From assembly GCF_044324785.1 (NCBI RefSeq), contig NZ_CP172127.1: DNA of 64,000 bases; one strand, 5' to 3'. Numbering within the stretch: position 1 is the first letter of the stretch; each line of letters opens with the position of its first letter. This stretch comes from Escherichia coli. GTDB lineage: Bacteria > Pseudomonadota > Gammaproteobacteria > Enterobacterales > Enterobacteriaceae. Position numbers and translations under genes: made by a program. Shown in pieces: positions 36,344-49,051 of this stretch. Below the pieces are notes generated by a model, which was not told the origin of the DNA, did not search any database, and worked only from the letters and a program-made list of their open reading frames with translations.

Positions 36344-36997
36344 ATGGATATCATTTCTGTCGCCTTAAAGCGTCATTCCACTAAGGCATTTGATGCCAGC
36401 AAAAAACTTACCCCGGAACAGGCCGAGCAGATCAAAACTCTCCTGCAATACAGCCCATCCAGTACCAACTCCCAGCCGTGGCATTTTATTGTTGCCAGCA
36501 CGGAAGAAGGTAAAGCGCGTGTTGCCAAATCCGCTGCCGGTAATTACGTGTTCAACGAGCGTAAAATGCTTGATGCCTCGCACGTCGTGGTGTTCTGTGC
36601 AAAAACCGCGATGGACGATGCCTGGCTGAAGCTGGTTGTTGACCAGGAAGATGCCGATGGCCGCTTTGCCACGCCAGAAGCGAAAGCCGCGAACGATAAA
36701 GGTCGCAAGTTCTTCGCTGATATGCACCGTAAAGATCTGCATGATGATGCGCAGTGGATGGCAAAACAGGTTTATCTCAACGTCGGTAACTTCCTGCTCG
36801 GCGTGGCGGCTCTGGGTCTGGACGCGGTACCCATCGAAGGTTTTGACGCCGCCATCCTCGATGAAGAATTTGGTCTGAAAGAGAAAGGCTACACCAGTCT
36901 GGTGGTTGTTCCGGTAGGTCATCACAGCGTTGAAGATTTTAACGCTACGCTGCCGAAATCTCGTCTGCCGCAAAACATCACCTTAACCGAAGTGTAA
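36344..36997 (+). CDS. nfsB: Oxygen-insensitive NAD(P)H nitroreductase NfsB, 217 aa
   Basis: ORF-track frame 36293..36997; start at [17 protein letters not shown]...; recognised. Confidence 0.95.
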   Translation: MDIISVALKRHSTKAFDASKKLTPEQAEQIKTLLQYSPSSTNSQPWHFIVASTEEGKARVAKSAAGNYVFNERKMLDASHVVVFCAKTAMDDAWLKLVVDQEDADGRFATPEAKAANDKGRKFFADMHRKDLHDDAQWMAKQVYLNVGNFLLGVAALGLDAVPIEGFDAAILDEEFGLKEKGYTSLVVVPVGHHSVEDFNATLPKSRLPQNITLTEV

Positions 36998-37006
36998 TTC
37001 TCTCTT

Positions 37007-37030
37007 GCCGGGCATCTGCCCGGCTATTTC
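37007..37030 (+). terminator. nfsB intrinsic terminator (gccgggca / tgcccggc, then T-rich)
   Basis: 8-bp GC-rich inverted repeat with 2-nt loop followed by tatttcc. Confidence 0.6.
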
Positions 37031-37056
37031 CCCTCAGATTCTCCTGATTTGCATAA

Positions 37057-38352
<1,296 letters not shown>

Positions 38353-38355
38353 TTA

Positions 38356-38397
38356 AAAAAACCGCTCTCATCGAATGGATGAGAGCGGACATCGTTT
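38356..38397. terminator. Bidirectional intrinsic terminator between the convergent ybdG and pheP
   Basis: ccgctctcatc / gatgagagcgg hairpin flanked by an A-run (5') and T-rich tract (3'); on the minus strand it reads hairpin then ttttttt. Confidence 0.8.
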
Positions 38398-38419
38398 TGT
38401 CGGATGTAGCGTGAATGCC

Positions 38420-39796
38420 TTATTTCCGACGCAGCGTTTTAAATGCTACAAACAGGAATACAATCCACACCGGCAGCAGAATCGCTGACAAGCGCATATC
38501 ATCCATCGTGCACATCAGCAGCAAAATCATGCCGAGGAAAGCGATGCAGAGATAGTTGCCGAACGGATAGAGCAGCGCCTTAAACTGTGTTTCACGTCCC
38601 TGACGTCGCATCGCCGCGCGAAAACGCAGATGCGCCAGGCAGATCATAATCCAGTTCAATAGCAGCGTTGCTACCACCAGCGCCATCAGCAGACCAAACG
38701 CTTTTTGCGGCAGCAGATAGTTGATTAACACCACCAGCGAAGTGATGGCTCCGGAAAGCATCAGCGAGTTAATCGGCACACCGCGACGGCTGACGCGAGT
38801 CAAAAACTTCGGCGCATTACCCTGCACAGAAAGGCCAAACAGCATGCGGCTGTTAGAGTAAACCCCGCTGTTATACACTGACAGCGATGCTACCAGAATG
38901 ACGAAGTTCAGCGCAGAAGCTACCACGTTGCTGTCGAGATTATGGAAAATCATCACAAACGGGCTACTGTTGGATTTCACTTCCACCCACGGATAGAGCG
39001 CCAGTAAAACCACCAGTGAACCGATGTAAAACAGCAGGATGCGATACACCACCTGATTTACCGCTTTTGGAATGCTTTTTTCCGGATCGCGCGCTTCAGC
39101 GGCAGTAATCCCAATCAGCTCCAGACCGCCGAAGGAGAACATAATTACCGCCAGCGACAAAATCAGCCCATTCCAGCCGGTGGCGAAGAAACCACCGTAG
39201 CGCCAGAGGTTGTCGATACTGGCTTTCTCGCCGCCGTGACCAGAAAACAGCAGCCACAGGCCAAAGCCGATCATACCGATGATTGCCAGCACTTTAATCA
39301 GCGCAAACCAGAACTCGGTTTCGCCATATAAGCGCACGTTCACCAGGTTAACGGCGTTGATGATAATAAAGAAGGCGGCAGCCCAAATCCACGTTGGAAC
39401 ATCCGGGAACCAGTACTGCATATAGATGCCCGCAGCGGTCAGCTCTGCCATTCCCACCAGCACGAACATTACCCAGTAGTTCCAGCCAGAGAGGAAGCCC
39501 GCAAACGGTCCCCAGTATTTATAGGCAAAGTGGGCAAATGAACCGGATACCGGCTCTTCGACCACCATCTCGCCGAGCTGGCGCATAATCAGGAAAGCGA
39601 TGATCCCGGCGACGCCGTAGCCCAGCAATACAGCCGGACCCGCCATCTGAATCGCCGGGCCAATGCCAAGAAACAGACCAGTACCAATTGCGCCACCCAG
39701 CGCAATCAGTTGAATATGACGGTTATGTAATCCGCGATGAAGCGTCGGCTCTTGATTCGACGCAGTATCTTCCGATACGGTTGACGCGTTTTTCAC
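38420..39796 (-). CDS. pheP: Phenylalanine-specific permease PheP (APC family), 458 aa, GTG start
   Basis: ORF-track frame 38420..39832; start set at the GTG giving MKNASTVSEDTASNQEPTLHRG... as in K-12 PheP. Confidence 0.93.
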   Translation of the reverse strand: MKNASTVSEDTASNQEPTLHRGLHNRHIQLIALGGAIGTGLFLGIGPAIQMAGPAVLLGYGVAGIIAFLIMRQLGEMVVEEPVSGSFAHFAYKYWGPFAGFLSGWNYWVMFVLVGMAELTAAGIYMQYWFPDVPTWIWAAAFFIIINAVNLVNVRLYGETEFWFALIKVLAIIGMIGFGLWLLFSGHGGEKASIDNLWRYGGFFATGWNGLILSLAVIMFSFGGLELIGITAAEARDPEKSIPKAVNQVVYRILLFYIGSLVVLLALYPWVEVKSNSSPFVMIFHNLDSNVVASALNFVILVASLSVYNSGVYSNSRMLFGLSVQGNAPKFLTRVSRRGVPINSLMLSGAITSLVVLINYLLPQKAFGLLMALVVATLLLNWIMICLAHLRFRAAMRRQGRETQFKALLYPFGNYLCIAFLGMILLLMCTMDDMRLSAILLPVWIVFLFVAFKTLRRK

Positions 39797-39897
39797 GCCT
39801 TTCCCCTGTGTGTCTTTTTTGTTGAGGGGCACCTTTTAACATTTAGTGCCCATCGTCGCAAGACACAATCCACACGGTTAAACCGGGTATCCTGCTT

Positions 39898-42800
39898 TTA
39901 TTTACGTACCCGATGTCGGTGCAGCCACATCAGCTTATACGCCGCCGGGATAATAAACAGCGACAGCAAAGGCGCGGTGATCATGCCGCCAATCATCGGC
40001 GCGGCAATCCGGCTCATCACCTCTGAACCTGCTCCCGTCCCCCACAGAATCGGCAGCAGACCGGCGATAATCACCGCCACCGTCATCGCTTTCGGGCGCA
40101 CGCGCAGGACCGCGCCGTGATATAACGCCTCATCCAGCTTCTGCTCACTGAATGTTTGCGGATTATTCAACGACGGCTCGGCCTCTATAGCGTGACGTAA
40201 ATACATCAGCATCACCACGCCAAATTCGGCGGCGACCCCGGCAAGGGCGATAAAGCCGGTGCCCGTTGCCACAGAAAGATGAAAGCCCATCCACCACAGC
40301 AACCAGATTCCGCCCACCAGCGCAAACGGTACGCTGCTGATAATCAGCAACGCTTCGCCCACCCGACGGAACGCCAGATACAACAGCACGAAGATGATCA
40401 TCAACGTCATCGGCACCATGAGTTTCAGCTTATGGTTGGCGCGCTCCAGTAGCTCGAACTGCCCGGAGAATGCCACGCTGGTACCCGGTTTTAACTGCAC
40501 TTTTTCAGCTATCGCTTTTTGCAGATCGTGAACCACCGACACCATGTCACGATCGCGGGCATCGATATAAATCCAGCTCGTCGGGCGCGCATTCTCGGTT
40601 TTCAGCATCGACGGTCCGGTAGAGACTTTAACGTCAGCCACGTCTGCCAGGGTGATTTGCTGCTTCATCGGCGTCAGAATCGGCAACTGGCGCAACGCCT
40701 GCGGACTATCGCGCCAGCTTTGCGGATAACGCAGATTAATTGGATAACGGGCAATCCCTTCCACCGTTTCGCCAACCATCGCCCCGCCCACCGCAGAAGT
40801 CACAAACAATTGCACATCTGCCACCGTCATACCGTAACGCGCGGCTTTTTCACGGTTAATCTCAACGTTGATATAGCGCCCACCTTCCAGACGCTCGGCA
40901 AGCGCAGAAGCTACGCCTGGCACCGTTCGCGCCACTTCTTCAATTTGCTCCGCCATCGCGTCGATATCCGCCAGCACAGTGCCGGAAACTTTAATGCCGA
41001 TGGGGCTTTTAATGCCAGTCGAGAGCATATCAATACGGTTACGAATTGGCGGCACCCACAGATTCGCCAGCCCCGGCAGCCGCACGGTGTTATCCAGTTC
41101 CTCGATGATTTTGTCCATCGTCATGCCAGGCCGCCACTGATCTTGTGGCTTAAGCTGGATAGTCGTTTCTACCATCTCCAGTGGAGCTGAATCGGTGGCG
41201 GTTTCCGCTTTCCCGGTTTTGCCAAATACCCGCGCCACTTCCGGTACGCTCATAATCAGCTTGTCGGTTTTTTGCAGCATGCTCGCCGCCTCTGCTGCGG
41301 AAATCCCCGGCAGCGTCGATGGCATATACAACAAGTCGCCTTCATTGATCTGCGGTAAAAATTCCCCGCCAACTTTATTGAGCGGCCAGAGAACCGTCAG
41401 CACCGAAAGCGCTGCCACCAACAGCGTGGTTTTCGGCCAGTGCAGTACTTTCAGCAACAGCGGATGATAAACACGAATCAAAAAGCGATTGAGCGGGTTA
41501 CTGCTTTCCGGCGGAATTTTGCCACGGATCCAGTAGCCCATCAGGATCGGGATCACTACGATCGCCAGTAGCGCCGCGCCCGCCATCGCATAGGTTTTGG
41601 TGAACGCCAGCGGGCCAAACAGACGACCTTCCTGCCCTTCCAGGGTGAAGATCGGGATAAACGACAGCGTGATAATCAGCAGACTGATAAACAGCGCCGG
41701 CCCCACTTCAACAGATGCATCGGTGATCACCTGCCAGCGCGTTTTATTATCCAGCGTGGCGTCAGGATGCTGGTGCTGCCACTCTTCCAGCCGTTTATGC
41801 GCATTCTCGATCATGACGATAGCGGCATCGACCATCGCCCCGACGGCAATCGCAATACCGCCCAGCGACATAATATTGGCGTTCAGTCCCTGAAAGTGCA
41901 TGACAATAAAAGCAATACACAACCCCAGCGGCAACGAAATAATCGCCACCAGCGCCGAGCGCACATGCCAGAGAAACAGCGCACAGACTACCGCCACCAC
42001 AATAAACTCTTCCAGCAACTTGCCGCTGAGGTTGTCGATGGCGCGGTCAATGAGCTGACTGCGATCGTATGTTGTAACTATCTCCACGCCTTCCGGCAGA
42101 CTGCTTTTCAGCGTTTCCAGTTTGTCCTTCACGGCGGCGATCACTTCACGGGCGTTTTTGCCGGAACGCAGGATCACCACCCCGCCCGCCACTTCGCCTT
42201 CGCCGTTCAGTTCGGCAATGCCCCGGCGCATCTCCGGGCCAACCTGGACCTTCGCAACATCACGCAGATAAACGGGCACGCCATTTTCACTGGCTTTTAA
42301 AACGATGTGATTAAAGTCGTCAAGCGTTTGCAGATAGCCGCTGGCGCGCACCATATATTCCGCTTCCGCCAGTTCGATCGACGAACCGCCCGCTTCCTGG
42401 TTTGAAGCATCCAGCGCGCTTTTTACTTCGGCGAGACTGATGCCATACTGCGCCAGGCGCTGAGGATCGATAACCACCTGATACTCTTTCACCACACCGC
42501 CCACCGACGCCACTTCCGCAACGTCAGGGATGGTTTTTAGCTCATATTTGAGAAACCAGTCCTGCAATGAGCGTAAATCGGCCAGATCGTGCTTACCGCT
42601 GCGATCCACCAGTGCATATTCATAGATCCAGCCAACACCCGTGGCATCTGGCCCCAGCTCGGCGCTGACTCCCGCAGGCAGCTTACCCTGTACCTGGTTG
42701 AGGTACTCCAGCACCCGCGAGCGCGCCCAGTATGGATCGGTGCCATCTTCGAAAATAACATACACATAAGAGTCGCCAAACTGCGAGAAACCACGCACAG

Positions 42801-43041
42801 TCTTCGCGCCAGGCACCGACAACATCGTGGTGGTTAGCGGATAAGTCACCTGATTTTCAACGATTTGCGGTGCCTGACCGGGATAGCTGGTTTTAATAAT
42901 CACCTGCACATCGGAGAGATCCGGCAGCGCATCCACTGGCGTGTTAATGATGGTCCAGGTGCCCCAGATACTCAGAAACAACGCGCCCATCAGCACCAGA
43001 AAACGGTTCGCCACCGAGCGACGAATAATCCATTCAATCAT
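39898..43041 (-). CDS. cusA: Cu(I)/Ag(I) RND efflux pump CusA, 1047 aa
   Basis: Full ORF; recognised sequence. Confidence 0.97.
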   Translation of the reverse strand: MIEWIIRRSVANRFLVLMGALFLSIWGTWTIINTPVDALPDLSDVQVIIKTSYPGQAPQIVENQVTYPLTTTMLSVPGAKTVRGFSQFGDSYVYVIFEDGTDPYWARSRVLEYLNQVQGKLPAGVSAELGPDATGVGWIYEYALVDRSGKHDLADLRSLQDWFLKYELKTIPDVAEVASVGGVVKEYQVVIDPQRLAQYGISLAEVKSALDASNQEAGGSSIELAEAEYMVRASGYLQTLDDFNHIVLKASENGVPVYLRDVAKVQVGPEMRRGIAELNGEGEVAGGVVILRSGKNAREVIAAVKDKLETLKSSLPEGVEIVTTYDRSQLIDRAIDNLSGKLLEEFIVVAVVCALFLWHVRSALVAIISLPLGLCIAFIVMHFQGLNANIMSLGGIAIAVGAMVDAAIVMIENAHKRLEEWQHQHPDATLDNKTRWQVITDASVEVGPALFISLLIITLSFIPIFTLEGQEGRLFGPLAFTKTYAMAGAALLAIVVIPILMGYWIRGKIPPESSNPLNRFLIRVYHPLLLKVLHWPKTTLLVAALSVLTVLWPLNKVGGEFLPQINEGDLLYMPSTLPGISAAEAASMLQKTDKLIMSVPEVARVFGKTGKAETATDSAPLEMVETTIQLKPQDQWRPGMTMDKIIEELDNTVRLPGLANLWVPPIRNRIDMLSTGIKSPIGIKVSGTVLADIDAMAEQIEEVARTVPGVASALAERLEGGRYINVEINREKAARYGMTVADVQLFVTSAVGGAMVGETVEGIARYPINLRYPQSWRDSPQALRQLPILTPMKQQITLADVADVKVSTGPSMLKTENARPTSWIYIDARDRDMVSVVHDLQKAIAEKVQLKPGTSVAFSGQFELLERANHKLKLMVPMTLMIIFVLLYLAFRRVGEALLIISSVPFALVGGIWLLWWMGFHLSVATGTGFIALAGVAAEFGVVMLMYLRHAIEAEPSLNNPQTFSEQKLDEALYHGAVLRVRPKAMTVAVIIAGLLPILWGTGAGSEVMSRIAAPMIGGMITAPLLSLFIIPAAYKLMWLHRHRVRK

Positions 43042-43052
43042 TGGTTATTCCC

Positions 43053-44276
43053 TCAATGCGCATGGGTAGCACTTTCAGAGCGCATCCGCTCCAGTGCGCC
43101 AGAAATATTGGCTTCGGAATCAATCAGGAACAGGCCGCTGGAAACCACCTTTTCACCTTCCGCCAGACCAGAGCGTAACGCGGTGACGCCTTGCGATGCC
43201 TGGAAAACGGCAACGCGTTTCGGTACAAAGCGCCCGTCGGCATCAACGGTAATCACCCGCTGTTCGTTGCCGGTATCAATCAGCGCCTGTGACGGAATGA
43301 GCAGCATCGGTTCGCTAGCGGTATTGAGTTGCAACCAGGCGTTCATTCCCGGTTTTAGCGCCTCGTCGGCGTTGTCGACTTCCAGACGCAGCTGCAGCGT
43401 GCGGGTCGCGGCATCCACGCCGGGTAGCAGGGTCCATTTGCGAATGGTGAGTGTTTTATCCGGTCGCGCCGGAACGGTGAGCGTAAACTGCGGGGCATCT
43501 TTCACCAGCCAGGCGATGGACTCCGGGATCGCTGCAGTGACCCACACCGGGTCCATACCCTGAATTTTCGCGACCACGTTATCTTTGGCGATATTCATAC
43601 CCGCACGCAGATCAAACGCGGTGATCACGCCATCAATGGGCGCTTTGAGCGTAAAGCGAGTCTGGATTTTTTGCGTGGCGATCAGGCGGCGAATATCCGC
43701 CTCCGGCATTCCCGCCAGTCTCAGCCGCTCAAGAATGCCTTCAGTCTGGGTCGCCGTACCGCCGGTTTCGCGCAGCAGTAAATACTCACTCTGCGCTTCC
43801 ACCCAGTCGGGAATGGTCAGGTCGAGAAGCGGCGCGCCCTTTTGCACTTTATCGCCCACGGTAAGCGGATACACCTTGTCGATAAACCCGGCGGCGCGGG
43901 CCTGCACAATGGCATACTGATACTCGTTGTAACTGACATTCGCCGGGAAACTCTGGGCAAAAGTCAGCGGCCCGCGCGTGACGGTAGCCGTTTTCACCCC
44001 CAGATTCTGCGTCTGAGTCGGGTCAATGCGCACACCAGACGCAGAACTCTCTTCATCGGCATATTTCGGCACCAGATCCATATCCATAAACGGCGATTTA
44101 CCTGGTTTATCGAACCGCGTATTGGGATACATCGGGTCGTACCAGAATAAGACTTTACGTTCTGCGGTCGACGTTTTTTCTGCGGGCAGTTCAGCCCGGT
44201 CAAACCAGGTAAAACCTGCCGCAGAAATAATACCGCCCGCGATCATGCTGCCGATAATAAGCGCGATTTTTTTCAT
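43053..44276 (-). CDS. cusB: Cu/Ag efflux membrane-fusion protein CusB, 407 aa
   Basis: Full ORF; recognised. Confidence 0.96.
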   Translation of the reverse strand: MKKIALIIGSMIAGGIISAAGFTWFDRAELPAEKTSTAERKVLFWYDPMYPNTRFDKPGKSPFMDMDLVPKYADEESSASGVRIDPTQTQNLGVKTATVTRGPLTFAQSFPANVSYNEYQYAIVQARAAGFIDKVYPLTVGDKVQKGAPLLDLTIPDWVEAQSEYLLLRETGGTATQTEGILERLRLAGMPEADIRRLIATQKIQTRFTLKAPIDGVITAFDLRAGMNIAKDNVVAKIQGMDPVWVTAAIPESIAWLVKDAPQFTLTVPARPDKTLTIRKWTLLPGVDAATRTLQLRLEVDNADEALKPGMNAWLQLNTASEPMLLIPSQALIDTGNEQRVITVDADGRFVPKRVAVFQASQGVTALRSGLAEGEKVVSSGLFLIDSEANISGALERMRSESATHAH

Positions 44277-44291
44277 CTCATTAAACCTGGG

Positions 44292-44624
44292 TTACTGGCT
44301 GACTTTAATATCTTGTAATAAAGAAAGGCTGCCCTGCTGGACAAAATTAAACGCCACTTTGTCGCCGGTTTTAATTTCACTCATTTTCGTCTGCGGGGTG
44401 ATAGTAAAGCGCATGGTCATCTCCGGCCAGTTCACGGCAGCAATCGGATCGTGATGGATGGTGATTTTTTTGCTTTCCAGATCAACACCTTTTACCACGC
44501 CAGTGGCGCTAATAACCTGCGGTTGTACTTCGCTCATGGTTTCATGATGATGTTCGTTAGCCTGGGCATTAAAGCCAATAACGGTAAACAGACTGAACAT
44601 TGCGACTTGCAGTGCTTTTTTCAT
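44292..44624 (-). CDS. cusF: Periplasmic Cu(I)/Ag(I) chaperone CusF, 110 aa
   Basis: Full ORF with signal peptide and His-rich N-terminus; recognised. Confidence 0.95.
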   Translation of the reverse strand: MKKALQVAMFSLFTVIGFNAQANEHHHETMSEVQPQVISATGVVKGVDLESKKITIHHDPIAAVNWPEMTMRFTITPQTKMSEIKTGDKVAFNFVQQGSLSLLQDIKVSQ

Positions 44625-44647
44625 TTATTCTCTCCTGGAGTTAAAAA

Positions 44648-46030
44648 TTATTGCTGCCAACCGCCGCCTAAGGCGGTATATAAAGAAATTTCGTTAACCT
44701 GACGGGCATAATTCAGGTCAAGTAAAGTTTGTCGGGTTGCAAATAAAGAACGCTCAGCATCCAGCACTTCCAGATAACTTACCGCGCCGTGCTGATATAA
44801 TGCCCGCGCCCGTTGCAAAGTAATTTGCAGCGACGCCAGATAACGCTGCTGGGCGCTAATTTGATCGTTCAGGCTTTGACGTAATGCCAGCGCATCTGCC
44901 ACTTCTTTAAAGGCGTTCTGGATTTTCTGTTCATAATTCACCACCGACTGCTGCTGGCGAATTTCGGCGATATCCAGATTGGCCTGGTTACGTCCGGCAT
45001 TAAAAATGGGGATCTCAATTTTGGGTATAAAATTCCACATCCCGCTGCTGGCGTTAAATAATGACGACAGATCGCTGCTGGCGGTTGATATTCCGCTGGT
45101 CAGGCTTATAGATGGGAAAAATGCCGCGCGTGCGGCCCCAATATTGGCATTAGCCGCCATTAACGCGTGTTCAGCTTCCATAATATCCGGGCGCTGCAAT
45201 AAGATTTGCGACGACAAGCCCGCCGGTAATTGAACGCTTTGCAGGCTGTCGCTGTTTACTGTCTGCGCTTGCGGCAGCTTGCCGTAGCTTCCCAATAACA
45301 GTTGCAATGCATTATTCGCCTGCGCCAGTTCCCCCTGACGTTTAGCGATGTCGCTGCGGGTACTTTCAATCACCCCGCGAGCCTGTTCCAGCGCCAGAAC
45401 ATTACTGCTACCTGTCAACAGTTGTTTTTCGACAAACGCATATGACTGCTGATAATTACGCAGCGTTTCTTCGGCTATTTGCAATTGCGCATACGCCAGC
45501 TGCTGATTGAAATAGCTTTGCGCGACATTAGAAACCAGCAGAATATGCACCGCGCGCTGGGCTTCCTCAGTGGCTAAATAATTTTGTCGTTCGGCTTCGC
45601 TCATGTTCTTTAAGCGACCGAAAAAATCGAGATCAAAGCTGGCGTTAAGGCCGGTCGAGAACTCCCGCGTCGTGGCTGAATCGCCTTTAAGATTGCCGCT
45701 CCAGCTGCCGCTGCCCTCGCCATTGAGCTGTGGGTAGCGGTCGGCATCGGTCAGACGATATTGCGCCCGCGCTTCCTGCACTTTCAGCGTCGCCATGCGC
45801 AAATCCCGGTTATTCACCAGCGCCTCGCTAATCAGCATCTTCACCTGGTTATCAACAAAAAAGGTGCGCCAGCCCGCGTTCTGGTAGTTATCTGCTGCGT
45901 TAACCAGGCCGTTCTGGTTGAGTGAGAACTGCTGCGGCACGGGCATTGCCGGGCGCTGATAATCCGGTGCCAGTGAACAACCGGTTAGCGCAAGGGCCAC
46001 ACAAAATGGCAGAAGTTTACAAGGAGACAT
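44648..46030 (-). CDS. cusC: Outer-membrane factor CusC (lipoprotein), 460 aa
   Basis: Full ORF; lipobox LTGCS; recognised. Confidence 0.95.
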   Translation of the reverse strand: MSPCKLLPFCVALALTGCSLAPDYQRPAMPVPQQFSLNQNGLVNAADNYQNAGWRTFFVDNQVKMLISEALVNNRDLRMATLKVQEARAQYRLTDADRYPQLNGEGSGSWSGNLKGDSATTREFSTGLNASFDLDFFGRLKNMSEAERQNYLATEEAQRAVHILLVSNVAQSYFNQQLAYAQLQIAEETLRNYQQSYAFVEKQLLTGSSNVLALEQARGVIESTRSDIAKRQGELAQANNALQLLLGSYGKLPQAQTVNSDSLQSVQLPAGLSSQILLQRPDIMEAEHALMAANANIGAARAAFFPSISLTSGISTASSDLSSLFNASSGMWNFIPKIEIPIFNAGRNQANLDIAEIRQQQSVVNYEQKIQNAFKEVADALALRQSLNDQISAQQRYLASLQITLQRARALYQHGAVSYLEVLDAERSLFATRQTLLDLNYARQVNEISLYTALGGGWQQ

Positions 46031-46099
46031 AGGCTCATAATTTCTGGTGATTTTATGCCGCCAACTTTACTCGCCAGGCTCTGATTTTCCGGTGACAGG

Positions 46100-46121
46100 A
46101 AAATGACAAAATTGTCATTTT
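46100..46121. promoter_or_regulatory. CusR box in the divergent cusC / cusR promoter (aaaatgacaaaattgtcatttt)
   Basis: Perfect palindrome AAAATGACAA-NN-TTGTCATTTT, matching the known CusR binding site. Confidence 0.8.
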
Positions 46122-46186
46122 GCCAATAAGCGATTGCCATCTGATCCCGCTACTCTAGAATTGCCCGGGCAACATGCGGAGGAAAT

Positions 46187-46870
46187 ATGAAACTGTTGAT
46201 TGTCGAAGATGAAAAGAAAACCGGAGAATACTTGACCAAAGGGTTAACCGAAGCCGGTTTTGTGGTCGATTTGGCCGACAATGGGCTGAATGGCTACCAT
46301 CTGGCGATGACCGGTGATTATGACCTGATAATCCTCGATATTATGCTGCCGGACGTGAACGGCTGGGATATCGTGCGCATGTTGCGCTCCGCCAATAAAG
46401 GGATGCCGATTCTGTTGCTTACCGCGCTTGGCACCATTGAACATCGCGTCAAGGGGCTGGAGTTGGGGGCCGATGACTATCTGGTGAAGCCGTTCGCTTT
46501 TGCTGAACTGCTGGCGCGGGTGCGCACTCTCCTGCGGCGCGGGGCGGCGGTGATTATCGAAAGTCAGTTTCAGGTTGCCGATCTGATGGTCGATCTCGTC
46601 AGCCGCAAAGTCACCCGCAGCGGCACGCGCATCACTCTGACCAGTAAAGAATTTACTCTGCTGGAGTTTTTCCTTCGCCATCAGGGCGAAGTGCTGCCCC
46701 GCTCGCTTATCGCCTCGCAGGTATGGGACATGAATTTCGACAGCGACACTAACGCCATTGATGTGGCGGTGAAGCGGCTACGCGGCAAAATCGACAACGA
46801 CTTTGAGCCGAAGCTGATTCAAACCGTGCGCGGCGTGGGTTACATGCTTGAGGTGCCGGATGGTCAGTAA
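46187..46870 (+). CDS. cusR: Copper-responsive response regulator CusR (OmpR family), 227 aa
   Basis: Full ORF; receiver domain plus winged-helix domain; recognised. Confidence 0.96.
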
Positions 46871-48308
46871 GCCATTTCAGCGCCCGTTTTCGCTGGCAAC
46901 CCGCCTGACCTTTTTTATCAGCCTGGCCACCATCGCGGCGTTTTTCGCCTTTGCATGGATCATGATCCACTCAGTAAAAGTGCATTTTGCCGAGCAGGAT
47001 ATTAATGATTTAAAAGAGATTAGCGCCACACTCAAGCGCGTTCTTAATCATCCCGAAGAGACACAAGCCCGACGCTTAATGACGCTGGAAGATATCGTCA
47101 GTGGTTATTCCAACGTGTTGATTTCCCTGGCAGATAGCCACGGTAAAACGGTATATCACTCCCCCGGTGCGCCCGATATCCGCGAGTTTGCACGTGATGC
47201 CATACCCGATAAAGACGCGCGGGGCGGCGAGGTGTATCTCCTTTCCGGCCCGACAATGATGATGCCGGGCCACGGTCACGGGCATATGGAACACAGCAAC
47301 TGGCGGATGATTAACTTGCCGATTGGCCCGTTGGTGGACGGCAAACCGATTTATACGCTCTACATCGCGCTTTCGATCGATTTTCATCTTCATTACATAA
47401 ATGATTTGATGAATAAACTTATTATGACCGCATCGATCATCAGCATCCTGATCGTCTTTATCGTGCTATTGGCGGTACATAAAGGTCACGCGCCGATCCG
47501 CAGCGTCAGCCGTCAAATCCAGAATATCACCTCGAAAGATCTCGACGTTCGCCTTGACCCGCAGACCGTGCCGATTGAGCTGGAACAGTTGGTACTGTCG
47601 TTCAACCATATGATCGAGCGTATTGAGGATGTCTTTACCCGCCAGTCCAATTTCTCAGCGGATATCGCCCACGAAATTCGTACACCAATTACGAATCTCA
47701 TAACGCAAACGGAAATCGCCCTCAGCCAGTCGCGCAGCCAGAAGGAGCTGGAAGATGTGCTCTACTCTAATCTCGAAGAGCTGACGCGAATGGCGAAAAT
47801 GGTCAGCGATATGTTGTTTCTCGCCCAGGCCGATAACAACCAGTTAATCCCCGAAAAGAAAATGCTCAACCTGGCGGATGAAGTCGGCAAAGTGTTCGAT
47901 TTTTTCGAGGCGTTAGCGGAAGATCGCGGCGTGGAGTTGCGGTTTGTTGGTGACGAGTGTCAGGTTGCGGGCGATCCGCTGATGTTGCGTCGGGCGTTAA
48001 GCAACCTGCTTTCGAACGCCCTGCGTTATACGCCACCCGGAGAGGCAATTGTTGTGCGCTGCCAGACGGTCGATCACCAGGTGCAAGTTACCGTCGAAAA
48101 CCCCGGTACGCCCATTGCGCCCGAGCACTTACCGCGATTGTTTGACCGTTTCTATCGCGTTGACCCCTCCCGTCAGCGAAAAGGCGAAGGTAGCGGCATT
48201 GGTCTGGCGATAGTGAAATCGATAGTTGTCGCGCATAAAGGCACGGTTGCGGTAACGTCAGATGCGCGGGGGACAAGGTTTATGATCAAACTACCGGAGA
48301 AAGGTTAA
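46860..48308 (+). CDS. cusS: Copper/silver sensor histidine kinase CusS, about 482 aa
   Basis: ORF-track frame 46848..48308; ATG at 46860 ([10 protein letters not shown]...) overlaps the cusR stop; H-box [10 protein letters not shown]. Confidence 0.94.
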
Positions 48309-49051
48309 TTAGTTAGTTCAAACTCAAAGAGTGATGTATCGCCTTCTGTTATTATTTATCAATAAAACAGGGAAGACCTTATTGGTCGTCTGAAATCGAA
48401 GGTTATTCATTTTCGGATATTTACGAGATATTTAGATATGCAATTTAATCAAATTCGTGTTTCTACCAATTGTAGAGCACAATGCTATTACTAAATTTTC
48501 ATCACTATAAAAGAATCGGCTATAATATAAAGCGCAGTCAGGCATCATTAATCTCTATATTATTCACACAATCTATTTATCAAGTGAATTTGATAAATTC
48601 CTAATTTAAAATATTCACTATTAAGCCAGCGTCTAACGACGTTAAGATGGCAATGTGCAGATCATGTTATCAGGGTGGGGCGGTAGCGTATATTCCTTAT
48701 ACAAACCATCATTCATTTCAATAATATTTATTGAGTTATTTATTATTGTGAATAAAAAGACATTACAAATATTGGTTTAACTTTGCATATCAGGTGTTTT
48801 TTTGTTACTCGATGTAATATACGAGCCTGTCCTTAATAACATCGTGAACCCGTCAGTTGAGTTTGTGATTATTTTGTTGACTCAACAGCCCCCCGTTTCT
48901 CTGAAGTAAAATCCCGGACAAAATTCTCACATAACCATGACACTTTTCTGATATTCCCCGGTAACGCCTGAAGCCGGCCCGCTTATCTCATTACCCGACA
49001 TGTTGTACATGCAATATGTGCGGATTATTATTCATTTTCACGGAGGTTGCT
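48309..49051. other. AT-rich non-coding junction between the core genome (cusS) and the Rhs/vgrG accessory element
   Basis: About 740 bp with no convincing ORF and abrupt compositional change; K-12 gene order would place nfrB here. Confidence 0.6.

Noticed and set aside
36552-36973. 202-aa minus-strand ORF overlapping nfsB
   Set aside because: Antisense to the well-supported nfsB CDS with no independent signals.
48309-49051. Possible CRISPR array or tRNA/integrase remnant at the island junction
   Set aside because: No regularly spaced direct repeats, no tRNA-like cloverleaf segment and no integrase ORF were found; the region is simply AT-rich non-coding sequence.
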